This document shows positions 13,217 to 25,992 of a stretch of DNA of 64,000 bases, in pieces. The notes below the pieces were generated by a model. That model was not told the DNA's origin, did no database searches, and saw nothing but the letters and a program-made list of their open reading frames with translations. Source of the stretch: Bilabrum cf. latius (lineage: Eukaryota); the NCBI GenBank assembly GCA_965178125.1, contig OZ237765.1:186001-250000 (forward strand), written 5' to 3'. A program made the position numbers and the translations under genes. Each line of letters begins with the position of its first letter. Position 1 is the first letter of the stretch.

Positions 13217-16200
13217 ATGCAGGTCATGGAGAAAGGGTCTACCCTTGATATACTCGGACCAAACTTTGGCGCAAAACCCATTGTGCCAAAGAGGAGGGAG
13301 AATGCCTCGTCGCGCTTCCGTGGCGTGTCTTCGTAGGGCAGGTGAGCACATGGTTGCTCGTACAGTCGCAAGCGCCTTTTCGCTGCGACCTTCGAACCGA
13401 AACGCGAGTAATTGATGGGATGATTCTGGTATGTATACTTCGCTCATTCGTGTAAGCTTCCGATGGTCTTGTTTTGCGCAGCTTGCGATGGAGGGCACGT
13501 CTTTGCATGTCGAAAATCGAGTTCACGGTCGGGGACTTCGACACGGAAGAAGAAGCCGCGAAAGCGTACGATGTTGAAGCCATTAAGCGTGGCAAGACTA
13601 CCGCGCTCAACTTCATCTATCGAGGCCTAAACGACAAGCCAAAGTCGCTGATCATGCTGTGAGATCGCTGCGGGCTTGCCATCGAGAGAAGTCGCGTTCG
13701 TTGCGCTTTATTGATGGTCATGTCCATCTTGTGCGTGCGCATTTATCAATGTATTTAAAGTGTTAGTAGCCCTTCGTCCCACTTCCTTGCAGGAAGGCCC
13801 TTGCGGAGGAGTTCCAGGACATCCCAGTCACCAGCAGCGAGGAGGACCTCTCGACGGGGCAAGGTGGTAGGCCACCCTTGCTCCCCAAGGACGCCAGCAA
13901 GGCAGGCGAGGAGATAACAGGAAATTTGCTGATTCCTGTTGAAGACCGCCCCATGCGCACGCGTGTCAAAGTGCGCCGGTCGAACGCGAAAGGCAAGGCA
14001 GGCGGCCCGGGGGCGGCGGCTGCCGCAGCGGCAGCCGCCGCTGCAGCTGCCTCGTCGACCACTTCCACCCCTAGCCTGGTTGGGACCAAGCGGAAACGAG
14101 GACAAGTGACCGGCAGAAGCCCCGAAGACGCCGCAGCGGCAGCCGCCGCAGCCGCGATGGCAGCTGCCAGGCAGGTCTCTGGCTCGAACGACCCCGCCAG
14201 CCTGGGGGCCTTGGCCTCCGGGTCATCCTCCTCCAAGTCGATGTTTGGAGGTAGCAGCAGCAGCTCGCTCGCCACCAGATCGAGGTCCTCTTCCTCCTCC
14301 TACGCCCTGGGAATGTCCTCCATCTCCGGAAGCTCCGGCTCCCACGGGTCCAGCCCCAGCCCCAGCGGTCTCAGCGTGGACTCTGTGTACCCTGGGCGGG
14401 TCTTGCCGCCCCCGCTCGTACCCTGTGACCCCATCTCGGGGACGGGTGGACCCCTCTCTGCCAGCCTCATCCCCCAGGCTGTTCCCCGGGCCCTGTCCAC
14501 CGCCGGGGTGCACGTCACTCCCATGCCCGACCAGGAGAGGGTCATCCGAACCGCCGTGCCGCTCGCGGAGGCAGCCAGGAACCGCAACCTCGTGCACCAG
14601 CTGGTCAACAGGACCACATACGTGCAGCGTGATGTGGCGAGCCACGCGCCGCAGTCCGTCGGCGACGCCATCATCCGCAAGCGGGCTGCAGAGCAGGCCA
14701 AGAAGGACCGGGCGGCAGCAGCAGCAGCGGCTGCAGCGCAGGACGGCGGGCCAGCAGCAGCAGCAGCAGCAGCGACGGTGGCAGCCGGTGCCTCGCCTGA
14801 GGCCGAGGCAGACGCGTCCCCGCAGGCTCCCGTGAGCAAGCACATGCTGTCCCTGCAGGCAGCGAGGAAGCGGAAGGCCGAGCAGGACGCTGTGCGCAAG
14901 AGGGAGAGGGAGGAGACGAGGCTTAGGATGCAGATGGCTCACAGGCAGGCAGAGGAGAAGATCAAGAGGCTCGAGGAGGAGTACGCCATCAAGGAGGCCA
15001 GGGAGAAACAGGCCAGGGCACAGGCAGCCGCGGAGGAGAAGCGCAAGAGGATGGAAGAGATACAGAGGAAGCTGGCCGCGGAGCAGGCCGCGGCCACGCC
15101 GCCCACCACGCGGAGCAAGACCGGTGCATCCTCGTCGAGCTCGAGAACCACGCGCAGCAAGACGGGACGCGGGCGGGGACGCGGTCGTGGCAGGGGCAGG
15201 GGCAGCGGCAGGGGCCGGGCCTCCACTCGCCGGTCCAGCGCACGCTCCCGCTCCCCCCTGGGCAGCCTTGCCGATGCAGCGGCCTCCCAGGGCCAGGAGG
15301 AGGCCATCATGACCCTGGCTTCCTTTTCCACGCAGTCTCACGTGCACAGCGTGAGTCCTGCGCAGCTGCAGGCGGCCCGCGAGGTGGCCGACTCGAGGAC
15401 GGCCTCGATCTCCAGGGAGGACAGGAGGGATCTCTTCAGCGCCATGTCCTGCCCCGAGCTAGACGATGTGCTGCACCACCACATCAGGCACAAGATCACC
15501 GTGATGATGGTGACAGGCGGGCAACAGACGCTCAGCACCCTTTTGGCTGCCTTCGACATCTTCAGCTCCTCCAAGGATAGCGACCTCGAGTCAGCCACCT
15601 CGGAGCTCGTGGACTCCCTGGAGAAGATTTACGTGGCTTTCGTGCGCGGTGGGGAGCTGCTCGGGACCTTTAGGGTGCCCCCACGCCGCTCTAGCCCGTC
15701 CATCCCCGCCGCTCCGGAGCTCTCCAGCCAGGAGATCCCCGAGCCCACTGGGCTGCCGCTGCCTTCCCTGCCCTCGGATGCAGGCTCTGCGGGGGGATCG
15801 CTGGGCACCCTCATGGGGGCAGCGGTGGCGGCCGACAGCCAGGGGTCCTCACGAGGTGGTGCTCACCATGCTGCACATCACCACCACCACCACCACCTTC
15901 AGCAGCAGCAGCAGCAGCAGGGAGGCGGCGGAGGAGCAGGAGCAGGCTACCTCGGGATGGCCTCCATGCCTCCGCAGATGAGCGCATCTCACGCTTACTC
16001 TGGAGACATGCCGCACTCGTCACCAGCAGCTGCTGGTGCCGCATCCACAGGGATGGGGGCCGCAGGCGGCGTCGGGTATCCAAGCTTTGAGGGCTCCTCG
16101 GGCGGTTCCGGTTCCGGAGGGGTCACCCAGAGCATGGGCGCCGCGCAGTACCGGTACCATCCCAGCCTCGCTGCAGGGTCCGGTGCCTCGGCGCACTCTC

Positions 16201-16742
16201 ACTCTCACTTTGGGCATGGGCATGGGGTGGCAGGGGGCAAGGCACCGGAGGGTCCTCCGCGGTACCAGCACCAAGTGCATGTTCAGATGCCGGTGCAGAT
16301 GCAGATGCAGCAGGTACCGGCGAGGGGAGTGATGTCTGCCGGGGTGGCTTCCTCTGGCGTGGAGTCTAGCAGCAGCAGCAGCAGCAGCAGCAGCAGTGTC
16401 GCGTATGGACCGGGCAGTCAGGCAGCAGGCGCAGCCGGGGCGTACTCGCAGCCGCACGGGCAAATGTACGTCGCTGGCGGTGGAATGGCCCCGGGAGTAG
16501 GTCCAGGACAGCAGGGGTACGTGGTCATGTACAACAGCCACCCGCAGATCCAGGCAGTGCACCCGACGCAGGGGCAGGGGCAGGGCGGTGCTCCCGCCGG
16601 TATGGTCTAGTACGGGAGCCCCCGTGCGGGAGGGCAGCCGATGCAGCTCTCTGGGGCGCCACAGTGGCAGGCCGCCCTGTCGTCTCCCGGCGCACAGTCC
16701 GCTGCTTCCGGTCTGACGCAGCTGCAGCATAGGGGGCAGTGA
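13217..16742 (+). CDS. AP2/ERF-domain transcription factor
   Basis: Exons 13217-13341, 13482-13658, 13793-16742. Spliced AP2 domain SSRFRGVSS*GSLRWRARLCMSKIEFTVGDFDTEEEAAKAYDVEAIKRGKTTALNF. TAG at 13334 and 16608; stop TGA 16740-16742. Confidence 0.85.
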
Positions 16743-16985
16743 GCTTGGGCGTGAATGGGGCGCTGTCCATGAGAGCATGAGTGGTGTTTATTGTGTCGGC
16801 CACCTTGCCGGGTGGACATATTGAGTTGCATTCTGAATAGACTGTTTAAGTGTGACTGTTCCCCCACGTTCACCAAGGCGTGCGGCATGAATCGGATCGA
16901 GGTAGTGCATCGCGCTGCAAATCGCCCTCAAGGACTCCTTCCCTTCAATATTCCCCGCCAATTGTCCTGGACGCTCATAAAACTA

Positions 16986-19535
16986 TCACTCCAGAGCGTC
17001 CTCCCCTTTCCCATCCTTTCCCTCCGCCTCTTCCTGCCTCACCCTCCTCACGTGCTTCTCAGAGGCCCTCTTGACTGCCGACCGGTCCTCGGGCTCCTCC
17101 TGCTCCCCCCCCTGGTCCCCGTGCAGCAGCTCCTCCGTCACCCTGTGCCCGCTCTGGGACACGGCAGAGGCCAGCAGCCGAGTGGCGTCCTGTGCTCGGT
17201 AGATCTTCACTCTCCGGCCCGTGCCGTCGTCCCCCGCGGCGCCGTTTCCGCCCGCGATGGGCGAGTCCATGGCCTTGGACAGCCGTGACGACGACCGCAT
17301 GATCTGGCCCATTGCAGTTGATGCAGTAGCCGTGCCCCGCCTTGACGTGCCTGGTGTGTTCCTTCCTCCCGACCCCGCCCCTCCCTCTGCCCCCGACCCC
17401 TGGGGCCGCGGCGTCCCTGCAGAGGGGTAGGACCTTGCCACTCTGGATTGGGCCGCGGCGAACTGCTGTGCAGCCGCCGTCAGATCGGCGAGGCTGAAGT
17501 CCTCCTCCTCCTCCTGCCGCATCCCACCCCCTCGTGACCCCCGAGTGGGGGACCCCGCGGGCCCGGGACCCCCGGGGGACCCCTCCCTCCGTATCCGGAT
17601 GCTGTACTGGTTGGAGACCACGAGGCTCTCCACGGTCGCGGCCAGCACCTGTGAGCCCTCCTCCAACACACCCGCGCCGGGCAGGTCTGCAGACCCGTCC
17701 TCCATGCGGGCACGGACCTTGCGCACCGCACGGAGCACGCGCCGAAGTTTCCGGGAAACGTCTTCTTCCCAAGGAAGCTGGCGCTTCCTCCTCTTTCCCG
17801 TCGCCCTCCTCGTCCTCGCCGCTTCAGACGCTGGCTCCACCGCCAGCCCCTCGCCCGCATCCTCTGCGTCGCCACTCGACTGGTCCCCGGGAACCCCTTT
17901 ACCGCTGGGCATGCCACTGCTCCCCCCCCCGGTGGATCGACCCCCTCCGCCATCCATGCTCTGCTCGCCCCTGCTGCCCACTGCCAGCTCCTGCTCCTGC
18001 TCCTCCCTGTTCCCATTTGCCCCCCCCTCCGCCCCCCCCTCCTCGTCCCCGTCTCCGTCTTCATGCCAGTGGCTATCGCCCTGCCCCGGGCCTTCGCGGA
18101 AATTGCCATCATCTTCCTCCTCGCTGTCATCACCCAGCCCCAGTCTCGCAGTCAGCAACTCCAGCGAGGCGGCGGACTGCTCCAGCTGGATCCTGAGCCT
18201 GGCAAGTCTTTGTATCTCGGCCGACTCCGTCTCGAGGCGCCTCCTCAGATCCCTAACCATATCGGCGTGCTGCGTCCTGGCCTCTCGAGTGATGGTCACC
18301 TCGTCCATGCCGTCCATCGCGCGAGGGGCCATCTTGTCCTTGAGCTCGCCCTTCACCAGCTGAAGGTGCAGGAGCCTCCGGCCCAGGTCCTGCAGCCGGT
18401 CCTCCACGTGGGTCCTGTCACCCTTCATTTGCTTGAACCGCTGCACCACGGCCATGGCATCGGGCTCCATGTAGAGGCTCTCGCCCTCGTCGTTCAAAAC
18501 GGGCGCCCCGTTGGGCACCCCGGCAGCCACTCTGAGCCTGGCGAACTTTCGCTCGTGCAAGTCGGACTGCTGCTGTGCGAAGCGGAACCGCTTGGCCATC
18601 GTGATCACCTACTCGCGGACGCTCGCGGCTTTTTCCAGGAGTGCCTGCTCTTCTAGCGCGGTTGCGTCGCCGTCCACCTTCATTTGAAGGGCGTGCTCCT
18701 CGCGCGCTCGCTGCTCCCGCTCTTGCTTTCGCTGCAGGTGCACCTGTGCGTCGTGCATCCTCGCCTCTACCTTCTTGTCCAAATCAGCCTTGTGCTCCTT
18801 TTCGCGCTTCTCTAGCTCCTTCACCTTTTCCATCTCGGCGCTTGCGGCCTTGTTAGCTTGCCGGTGGTGCTTCTTTTGCAGCCGCAGTTCCTGCCGGTGG
18901 GTCGCCAGGGCTCGCTCCAGTGCCTCGATCACGGCCCGCCGGCTGGTCCCCTCGTCCTTGGTTCTCTTGAGCATGTGCTTGAGCACGCGGGAGTAGTACG
19001 TTCCGTGCTCCATCCTGTCTCTCATTTCGTCCAGCCTTCGCTTTAGCTCGCTCAGCTCTTTTTCGGCTTGTCTCCTCTGCAGCGCGATGTCATCCTCAAC
19101 GAGCAGCTGCTTGTAGTCGGTCTGCAACCGCTCGTATTCCTCGCTCTAGCGCATGACGCCCAGCCTGACCTTGCTGACCTGCTCCCTTAAATCCATGATT
19201 TCCTTGTACATGGCCTCTTTCTCCGCCTCATGGGCTTGCTTTGGGTCATAGTCGTCGATGCTGCTGCGGCCCGCTTGCCGCGCACCGTGCGCCGTGCCGC
19301 GAGCCCCCATCGGGTCGGGTCCTTCCGCGTGGCCATGTGGGCTTCCGGCTTCTTTTCCCTCGCCGCCGCCTTCTTCAGAGAGCATTTCGCCCACAAAAGG
19401 CAGCTCGTCGAACCGGGAGCGTTCTTTGGCCACGGCCTCCCGCGCGATGCTCTACTTGTGCAGCTCTTCGTCTATCGCAAGCACGGGGTCATCAATAAAG
19501 CTTTGCACCGGCGGTTTTGCTGCGATGAATAGCAT
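16986..19535 (-). CDS. Coiled-coil protein, possibly an outer dynein arm docking complex (CCDC151/ODA-DC-like) subunit
   Basis: One continuous frame from ATG 19535 through TAG at 19452, 19146 and 18609 to TGA 16988-16986. Long heptad-rich helices and an NQYSIRI motif resembling ODA-DC C-termini. The family assignment is tentative. Confidence 0.6.
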
Positions 19536-20185
19536 ATGGTCGCAATGATTTGCCGCAGGTGCCTCCACGCGAAATTCCGCCCGAGTTGATTTCGAGAAGC
19601 AAGACTCACTCGCTGGATCTTCGCGGTAATCATACCGTTGCAGCTTCTTCTACTTTTTCTTCAAGATCTGCATGGACTAGTACTGGCCAATGAGCACGTT
19701 GATGCAGCATGAATCCCGACGCTCGCCCAATCCTGCAGTAGGCATCCGGCGACAACCTTACCTCTGTTTCTACAGCGAATCCCTTCACAATCGACAGCAT
19801 CTGCGCAGGTATTATTAACATGTAACAAACTATTGGGACAATGGTGATATCATAACCCCGATACTGCGGCACATCGTGGCAGACTCCAGCGCTGTCCGTT
19901 GGAGCGAAGCTCACCCGGTCCCGCTTGAGCTACATGATGGAATCCTGCTTATCTCTATCCATCTGCATGATTGAGGGTATGCAGATTCAATGCCGTACTC
20001 GGGTAATCAATTCAAGCCAGAAAATGAGCGAAAGGAGGCGAGCACGATACCGAGCTGTGCGACATTTCATTTTGATCTTCTTCTTGAACGATTGGTTACA
20101 ACCGGGACTGCAAAAAGTGCAACCGGTCAGCCGAGAAGACCCTGCATATACAGCACGGGCTGCGAGCACAGCAACACGCGCCGCA

Positions 20186-21112
20186 ATGAAGAGTAGAATG
20201 TCCCCGCGCCCAGGCTTGTTGCCGCGATAGCGGACCCGCCCGGGAAGGCGAGGGAAATCCAAAGCATCTTCCAAGCGATCGTTTATTGCGACTTGCATCG
20301 CGGGTGGCCTGGTTTGCTTGGGTGTATTGCTTGTCATGATTATCGGCATGATGGTACTTATGCCATCAAGTGTGGCATCAAAAAACGTCCCAGCGGGGAG
20401 CAGGGGCGTTCGTGGGCAGGACGGCGGTAATCCTCCGGGTGGTGGTGCTCAGCCATCCTACGCACCGCTTGCAAATGCCGGTAACATCGAGGGGACGATC
20501 GGGGGAACCGAGAAATCGGGGGGTACTGATTCAGCTAGAAAATCTCCAGTTGCGGCCGCTGGCGAGCAGACGAACTTGCCCGGCTCGAGGCCAAGCGACG
20601 TTGCAGCCGAGGCAGCCGATAGCACACGCAAGCTGGGCCAGGACGGCCACGGCGTCCAGAATCTCCCTACAGAAGCCGCGCCTGGCTCCTTGGCGCAAGA
20701 GAGTGCGTTGCAAAAGACTGGGCACCCGCACTCTGGACTCCGCCACCACGGCGAGGAGGAGAACCAAGCGAGCACGGATCCGGAGCCGCACGAGCCCGAG
20801 GACCCTTGGGCAGAAGGCCCTCCCCCCGCTACTGGCAATCCGGGGAACAAGGATCTGGCCGAGGCGGGGAGCGCTGGCGGCGCGGGTGGGCAGCAACCGG
20901 CTTCTCACGCTGGGCAGTGGCAGGGGCAGGGGCAGGGGCAGGGGCAGGGGCAGGGGCAGGGGCAGGGGCAGGGGCAGGGGCAGGGGCAGGGGCAGGGGCA
21001 GGGGCAGGGGCAGTGGCAGGGACAGGGGCAGGGGCAGGGGCAGGACCACCCACACTTGCGGCACGCAGCTACCGGTGATGGGGACCATCTGCACCAAGAA
21101 GAGCAGCATGAT

Positions 21113-21143
<31 letters not shown>

Positions 21144-23125
21144 CGGAACATGAAAAGGACACGAAGGCCCAATCGACGATTCCAAGGGGCCCAGGTGGCC
21201 CAGGTGGCACCACCAGCAGCACCACCACCACCACCGCTGGTGACAAGAGCCACATCCCGCCCGTGCCACCATCCTCCTCTCGACTCGGAGCCGACGGCCA
21301 CGGGCGGGCACCCTCTGTTCCCCAGCAACTCCCCGACCATTTCCACCCGGGCATCCCCCTTGACGCACTGGACGCCGAGGGGGGGCTTAAGCCTTGGAGC
21401 GCCCCCGCCCGTCCCCCGCTTCAGGTGCCCGGCCTGAAGGCAGACCCCGCCAGACAGGCGGCAGTCAAAGAGATGTTCCAACACTCCTGGAAGGGGTACT
21501 GCGACAGCGCCTGGGGGAAGGACACCCTCAAGCCGGTGAGCAGGAGGGGGGACGACAATTTCCTGGGCATGGGCATCACGATCCTCGACGCTCTCGACAC
21601 GATGTGGATCATGGGCATGCATGAAGAATTCGATAAGGGTGCCGAGTGGGTGCTTCGGTCCCTGCACTTCAACGAGCAGGAGAATATCAACCTTTTTGAG
21701 ACTACCATCCGCGTGCTGGGGGGTCTCCTCTCCGCCTTTGACTTGTCGGGCAGACCCGCCTTCTTGGACAAAGCTAGAGAACTGGCAGACGCGCTTTCCT
21801 TTGGGTTCGATTCCCCCTCCGGTGTTCCCTACGGCACCCTGGGCCTGAGGACCAAAAAGAAATTCAACCCCTCGTGGGTAGGGTCCCAGTCCACCATGGC
21901 GGAGGCTGCCACGTTGCAGCTGGAGTGGGAGTACCTGGCTGCCGCTACGGGGCAGCGCAAGTACGCTGACATGGTGCGGCGGGTCATGAGGGTGCTTCGG
22001 AAGGATCAACCACAGGACGGGCTGTTCCCCATCTTCATCAACCCTTCTACAGGCCGCATGTCCGGCAGGATCACCCTGGGGGCGCGGGGAGACAGCACCT
22101 TCGAGTATCTGGTCAAGCAATGGGTCCTGGCGGGGGGACTCAGGGCCGCCGGGGCGCTGCACCAGGTGGCTCCCGCTGGGGAACAAGATCAAACCGGAAC
22201 TGGTGTTGGTGCTGGTGCTGGTGCTGGTGAAAGTCAGGGAACAAGCGCCTCGCCCGGGATGGAGGCAGTGCTGGCAAGGGACGGTGCCAGCCGAGACTCG
22301 ATGCCGTACGAGCAGATCGTGGCTGCCGCGGGGGAACAGAGGGTGGGGAATCCGGCCTTTCTAGTGGGTGGTCAAAGTGGCGACCCCCCGCAGGGCGATG
22401 GAAATGTGAAAGAGAACGAATCGGAGCCGGAGTACTTTGCTAGCCTGCGACGGGCCTACGACCGCTCGGCGGACGGGATCCATACCCACCTCCTGCGGCG
22501 AACCAAGGAGACCAACCTCTTGTACATCGCCGAGAAGACCGGCTCTCGCCTCGAGGACAAGATGGACCACCTGGCATGCTTTGCCGGGGGCATGTACGCA
22601 CTAGGGGCGCAGGGCAGAAGGCGCAGCCAGGACGTGCGAGATGCAGACGGCATTACAGAGACTTGCCACGAGATGTACAAGCGGTTTCCCACGGGCCTCG
22701 CACCGGAAATCGTGCGGTTTCCGGGCCAGAAGGACCTGCAGATCGACGCGGGCGCAAAGCACTCGTTGCTCAGGCCGGAGACAGCCGAGTCTTACTTTTA
22801 CATGTGGCGACTCACGGGCGAGCAGAAGTGGAGGGACTATGGGTGGGAGCTCGTGGAGGCACTGAACAAGCACGCTAGGGTGTCGACCGGTGGATTCTCC
22901 TCCCTGGTTGACGTGTCGCAGGCCCAGCCCAGAAAGAAGGACCACATGGAGTCTTTCTTTCTGGCAGAAACACTCAAGTACCTCTACTTGCTCTTCTCGG
23001 ATGGAGACCTGGTTCCGCTGGACAGGTGCGTGTTCAACACCGAGGCCCATCCGCTGTCGATCTTCGGGCAAGGAGGATGCATGGGGGTGGGCGAGCAGGC
23101 CGAGGCGATGAGGAACAAGGAGTGA
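20186..23125 (+). CDS. Class I alpha-1,2-mannosidase (GH47), type II membrane protein
   Basis: GH47 motifs: HSWKGY…AWGKDTLKP, DALDTMWIMG, NLFETTIRVLGGLLSA, LGARGDSTFEYLVKQW, MDHLACFAGG, LRPETAES, MESFFLAETLKYLYLLFS. The ATG (20186 or 20198) and cytoplasmic tail lie upstream of an in-frame TAG at 20228; TM anchor follows. Stop TGA. Confidence 0.95.
20911..21043 (+). repeat. (GGGCAG)n hexamer microsatellite encoding poly-GQ
   Basis: About 20 near-perfect ggg cag units in the mannosidase stem region. Shorter tracts of the same unit occur at about 4080-4140, 11650-11680 and 16570. Confidence 0.9.
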
Positions 23126-23188
23126 AGGGGCTGCATTACTGACTGATTTTTCCATAGTTCAGGTTTGTCTGATCAAACGACCGGATCA

Positions 23189-24016
23189 TCACTCTTCCAT
23201 CTTGGGTGCCTGCACGCCCACCCGCCTGTGCAGCACGAACAGCGTCATCGGTCGGATCGTGGGCTGCAGGAACTGGCGGCTCGAGAACCGAGGCGCACTC
23301 GTCACACTATCGCCCACTTCACTCGCCACACCGACGGAACCAGTCTCGTCTAGATCGCTTGCCACGCTGCTGCTGCCGCTGCTCATCCTCCTGCCCTCGC
23401 TGCTCGCCCCATCGTGCTCGTTGGCGAGCAGCTGCTCCAGGACCCACACAAGCGCCAACCGAACCTTCACGAACCTCTCCGCCAGTGCGCACTCCGGCGA
23501 GACCCAGGCGCCCCTCCTCGTCCACGCGCCCTGCAGCTCTTCCTCCACGGTCTCGAGGCACACGGCGGCGGACTCGGAGCCAACCGGCCCCCCAGCGTCG
23601 CCGTCGCCGTCGCTTCCGGTGCCCCGGCCATTGTACCCTTCGCACGACTTGCCCTCGTCACACTCGTCATTCTCCCGGTCAACCCTCCCCAATGCACGCC
23701 TTGCCTGGCCCACCACACCGCCCAGTATCCCACCACTCGTCACACTTGCACCACTCATCACACCACCACCTCCCACAGCCCTCTCCTGCAGCCGCCTCCA
23801 GAGCTCCTCCCTGGCTTGGAGCAGCCGGCCGAGGTCGTCATAGTCCGCCATGTCGGGCCCCCGGAGTGCAGCCACGTGAAACAGGCGGGAGGCCTGCCGT
23901 CCGAAATTCCTCGTTTCCTTGAAGCGGCGGGCGTACGCCAGCACAACAGGAGGTCCGTGCGTGCTGAGGGGACGGCTCGATTCGCTACCCTCACCCGCAC
24001 CAGCCTTTGCTGTTGC

Positions 24017-24061
<45 letters not shown>

Positions 24062-25237
24062 GCCTGTACCCACCGCGGCTCCTGTCGCTGCGCACTCGTC
24101 ACACAGGGTAGCTAGGGTAGACAGGAGACAGGGAACAAGCTCCTTGTAGTAGACCACGTCAGCGGCTAGCACGACGTCCGGAGCCGGAAATACCCCACCA
24201 GAGCGCGCTTGGGCCGAGGCAGCGCGCGCCCCATCCCCGCGCCCGCCACTCGCAGCATGCCTTGATGCAGACTGAGATGCAGCTGTGGATGCGGCTGCAG
24301 GCAAGGGCGCACGTCCTGACTCTTGTTCTAGTTCTGGCTCGGGTGCCGTCGGGGTCGGGGTCGCGCCACCTCTCTCGGCATCCAGTTCAGCGAGGGACGT
24401 GGCGTCGCTGGCACGCCCGGGTCTTTCTTGATCCGGATCCGATCCCAGGGCAGTTGCAACCTCGGTGTGAGTGGCGGTCCTTACATCCGGTCCCTCAGAA
24501 GCGCTTTCGATTCCGGATCCATCGGGGCCGGCTCGGCTCTCATCAGCGCAACCACCACCACCACCCTTGCTCCCGACCGCGCCTCCCTCCTCTCTAGGGG
24601 TAGTTGCCCCCATCGAGGGGGCAGGGGTCCTCCACAGGACCCTGAGGGCAGCCCCCAGATCGGACAGGGAGCTCCGGCTGCCCCACCACAGCGGAACCGC
24701 GTCCAATCGCGCGGCGCCCCGCGTGGCCGCCAGCCTCGCCCGCACGTTCTGCACGAGCATGTCACACACATCGTCCGTGTCCGTGGCGACGCACTGAGCA
24801 GGTGCTCCGCGGGAGGCGAGCACGAGGCTCGGCAGCCCGCAGGCACCGGCACCGATCTCCAGCGTGCGGAGTGGAGCGCCGACTGCACCACGCCCTGCCC
24901 AGCTGGGCAGTGCGAGCTTCGCGGCCTCTGTAATGCTTTCAAATTCCAAGGGGGGCTCGAAGGTTGGCTTGCCAAGTGCGCTGCTTCCGGTAGGCATCAA
25001 GTTCCCATTGCCGATGCCCCAGTCGGCGCCGCCGTCCCTGGCGACCGCCTTGGCTTCATCCAAGAGCCCGAGTTCCAGCATACGGCTAAGCATCAGTGCT
25101 GCAGGGTAGATCTTCATGCCGATTTCACCGGATGGCCACTGCAGAACCTCGAAATTCGCCTCGGCCACAGACTTCACTTCAGAGGGAGAGTGGCTGCAGA
25201 ACGTAAACCGAGATGGTTTTGATGGCACTGACGACAT
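23189..25237 (-). CDS. SAM-dependent protein lysine methyltransferase, family 16 (METTL21-like)
   Basis: IGMKIYPAALML, LEIGAGACGLPSL, VATD, PLWWG, DVVLAADVVY motifs. Likely ATG 25237 (MSSVPS); the ORF-track extension to 25498 overlaps the uL23 gene. Stop TGA. Confidence 0.8.
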
Positions 25238-25438
25238 CGATGTGTGGGCTGTAAAACTTTGATAGATTCTGTGATCATTTATTCCAAGGAAACCCGCGGA
25301 TCTCTTTGCACTGAGCCGGTCATCCCGACGCCGTCGGCTTCGAGTTGATTGCTTCATCTTCATCATGACCGAAAGTTGGTTGCAACCGCCACGGCCAGCC
25401 TCCAGTTCAGCTACTTTCCGCCAATAGGAGCAGCCAAG

Positions 25439-25938
25439 ATGGCCACGCGCACGCGAATAATGTTTCCAAACATGCAAATGACCATGGTGCGGCGGCACTC
25501 CATGAGACTTCCCAAGAATACGTTCGTGTTTAGGTGTACGCCGAAGTATGGCAAGACTGAGATTAAGGAATACCTTTAGAAGGTGTACGGTGTCACCGTT
25601 CTCCGAGTGGCTACAATTAACTACTTAGGTGTGTTTCTGCTTTTTTTCGAACAGCCCCTCAAGCACAGCAACCCGCTTTAGTGTAATGGCCCACGAGAGC
25701 ACTACTCCTCCCCACCGCAGGCAAAATTAGGCGGTTTGGAGCCCGAAGGATATACAAGCTGAAGGATTTCAAGAAAGTGTATGTTACTATTGCCGAGGAC
25801 TCATTTGATGCCGCGCCAAAGGAGGACATCTATCGACCAAAGCTGAGTGAGGCCGGCGAGGAGGTCATGGCAGAGGTTGAGAAGAAGCGAAGAGAAGCTG
25901 CGCAATATGAGGCGAAGCACGGAGATGGGAGGGTTTGA
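25439..25938 (+). CDS. MRPL23: Mitochondrial ribosomal protein uL23m
   Basis: Exons 25439-25628 and 25721-25938. Sequence FRCTPKYGKTEIKEYL*KVYGVTVLRVATINYLGKIRR…DFKKVYVTI. In-frame TAG 25577-25579 in the conserved core. Ends with tandem TGA TAA. Confidence 0.9.
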
Positions 25939-25992
25939 TAAGTACGTCTGCAAAGCCAAGTTTCTGTTTAGCATGATAGTGTGATTGAGGTA

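Noticed and set aside
20531-22192. 553-aa antisense ORF opposite the mannosidase, and similar shadows such as 33990-35579
   Set aside because: Antisense artefacts in GC-rich coding DNA.
25238-25498. N-terminal extension of the methyltransferase ORF
   Set aside because: It overlaps the uL23 start on the opposite strand and spans the divergent promoter; ATG 25237 is more plausible.
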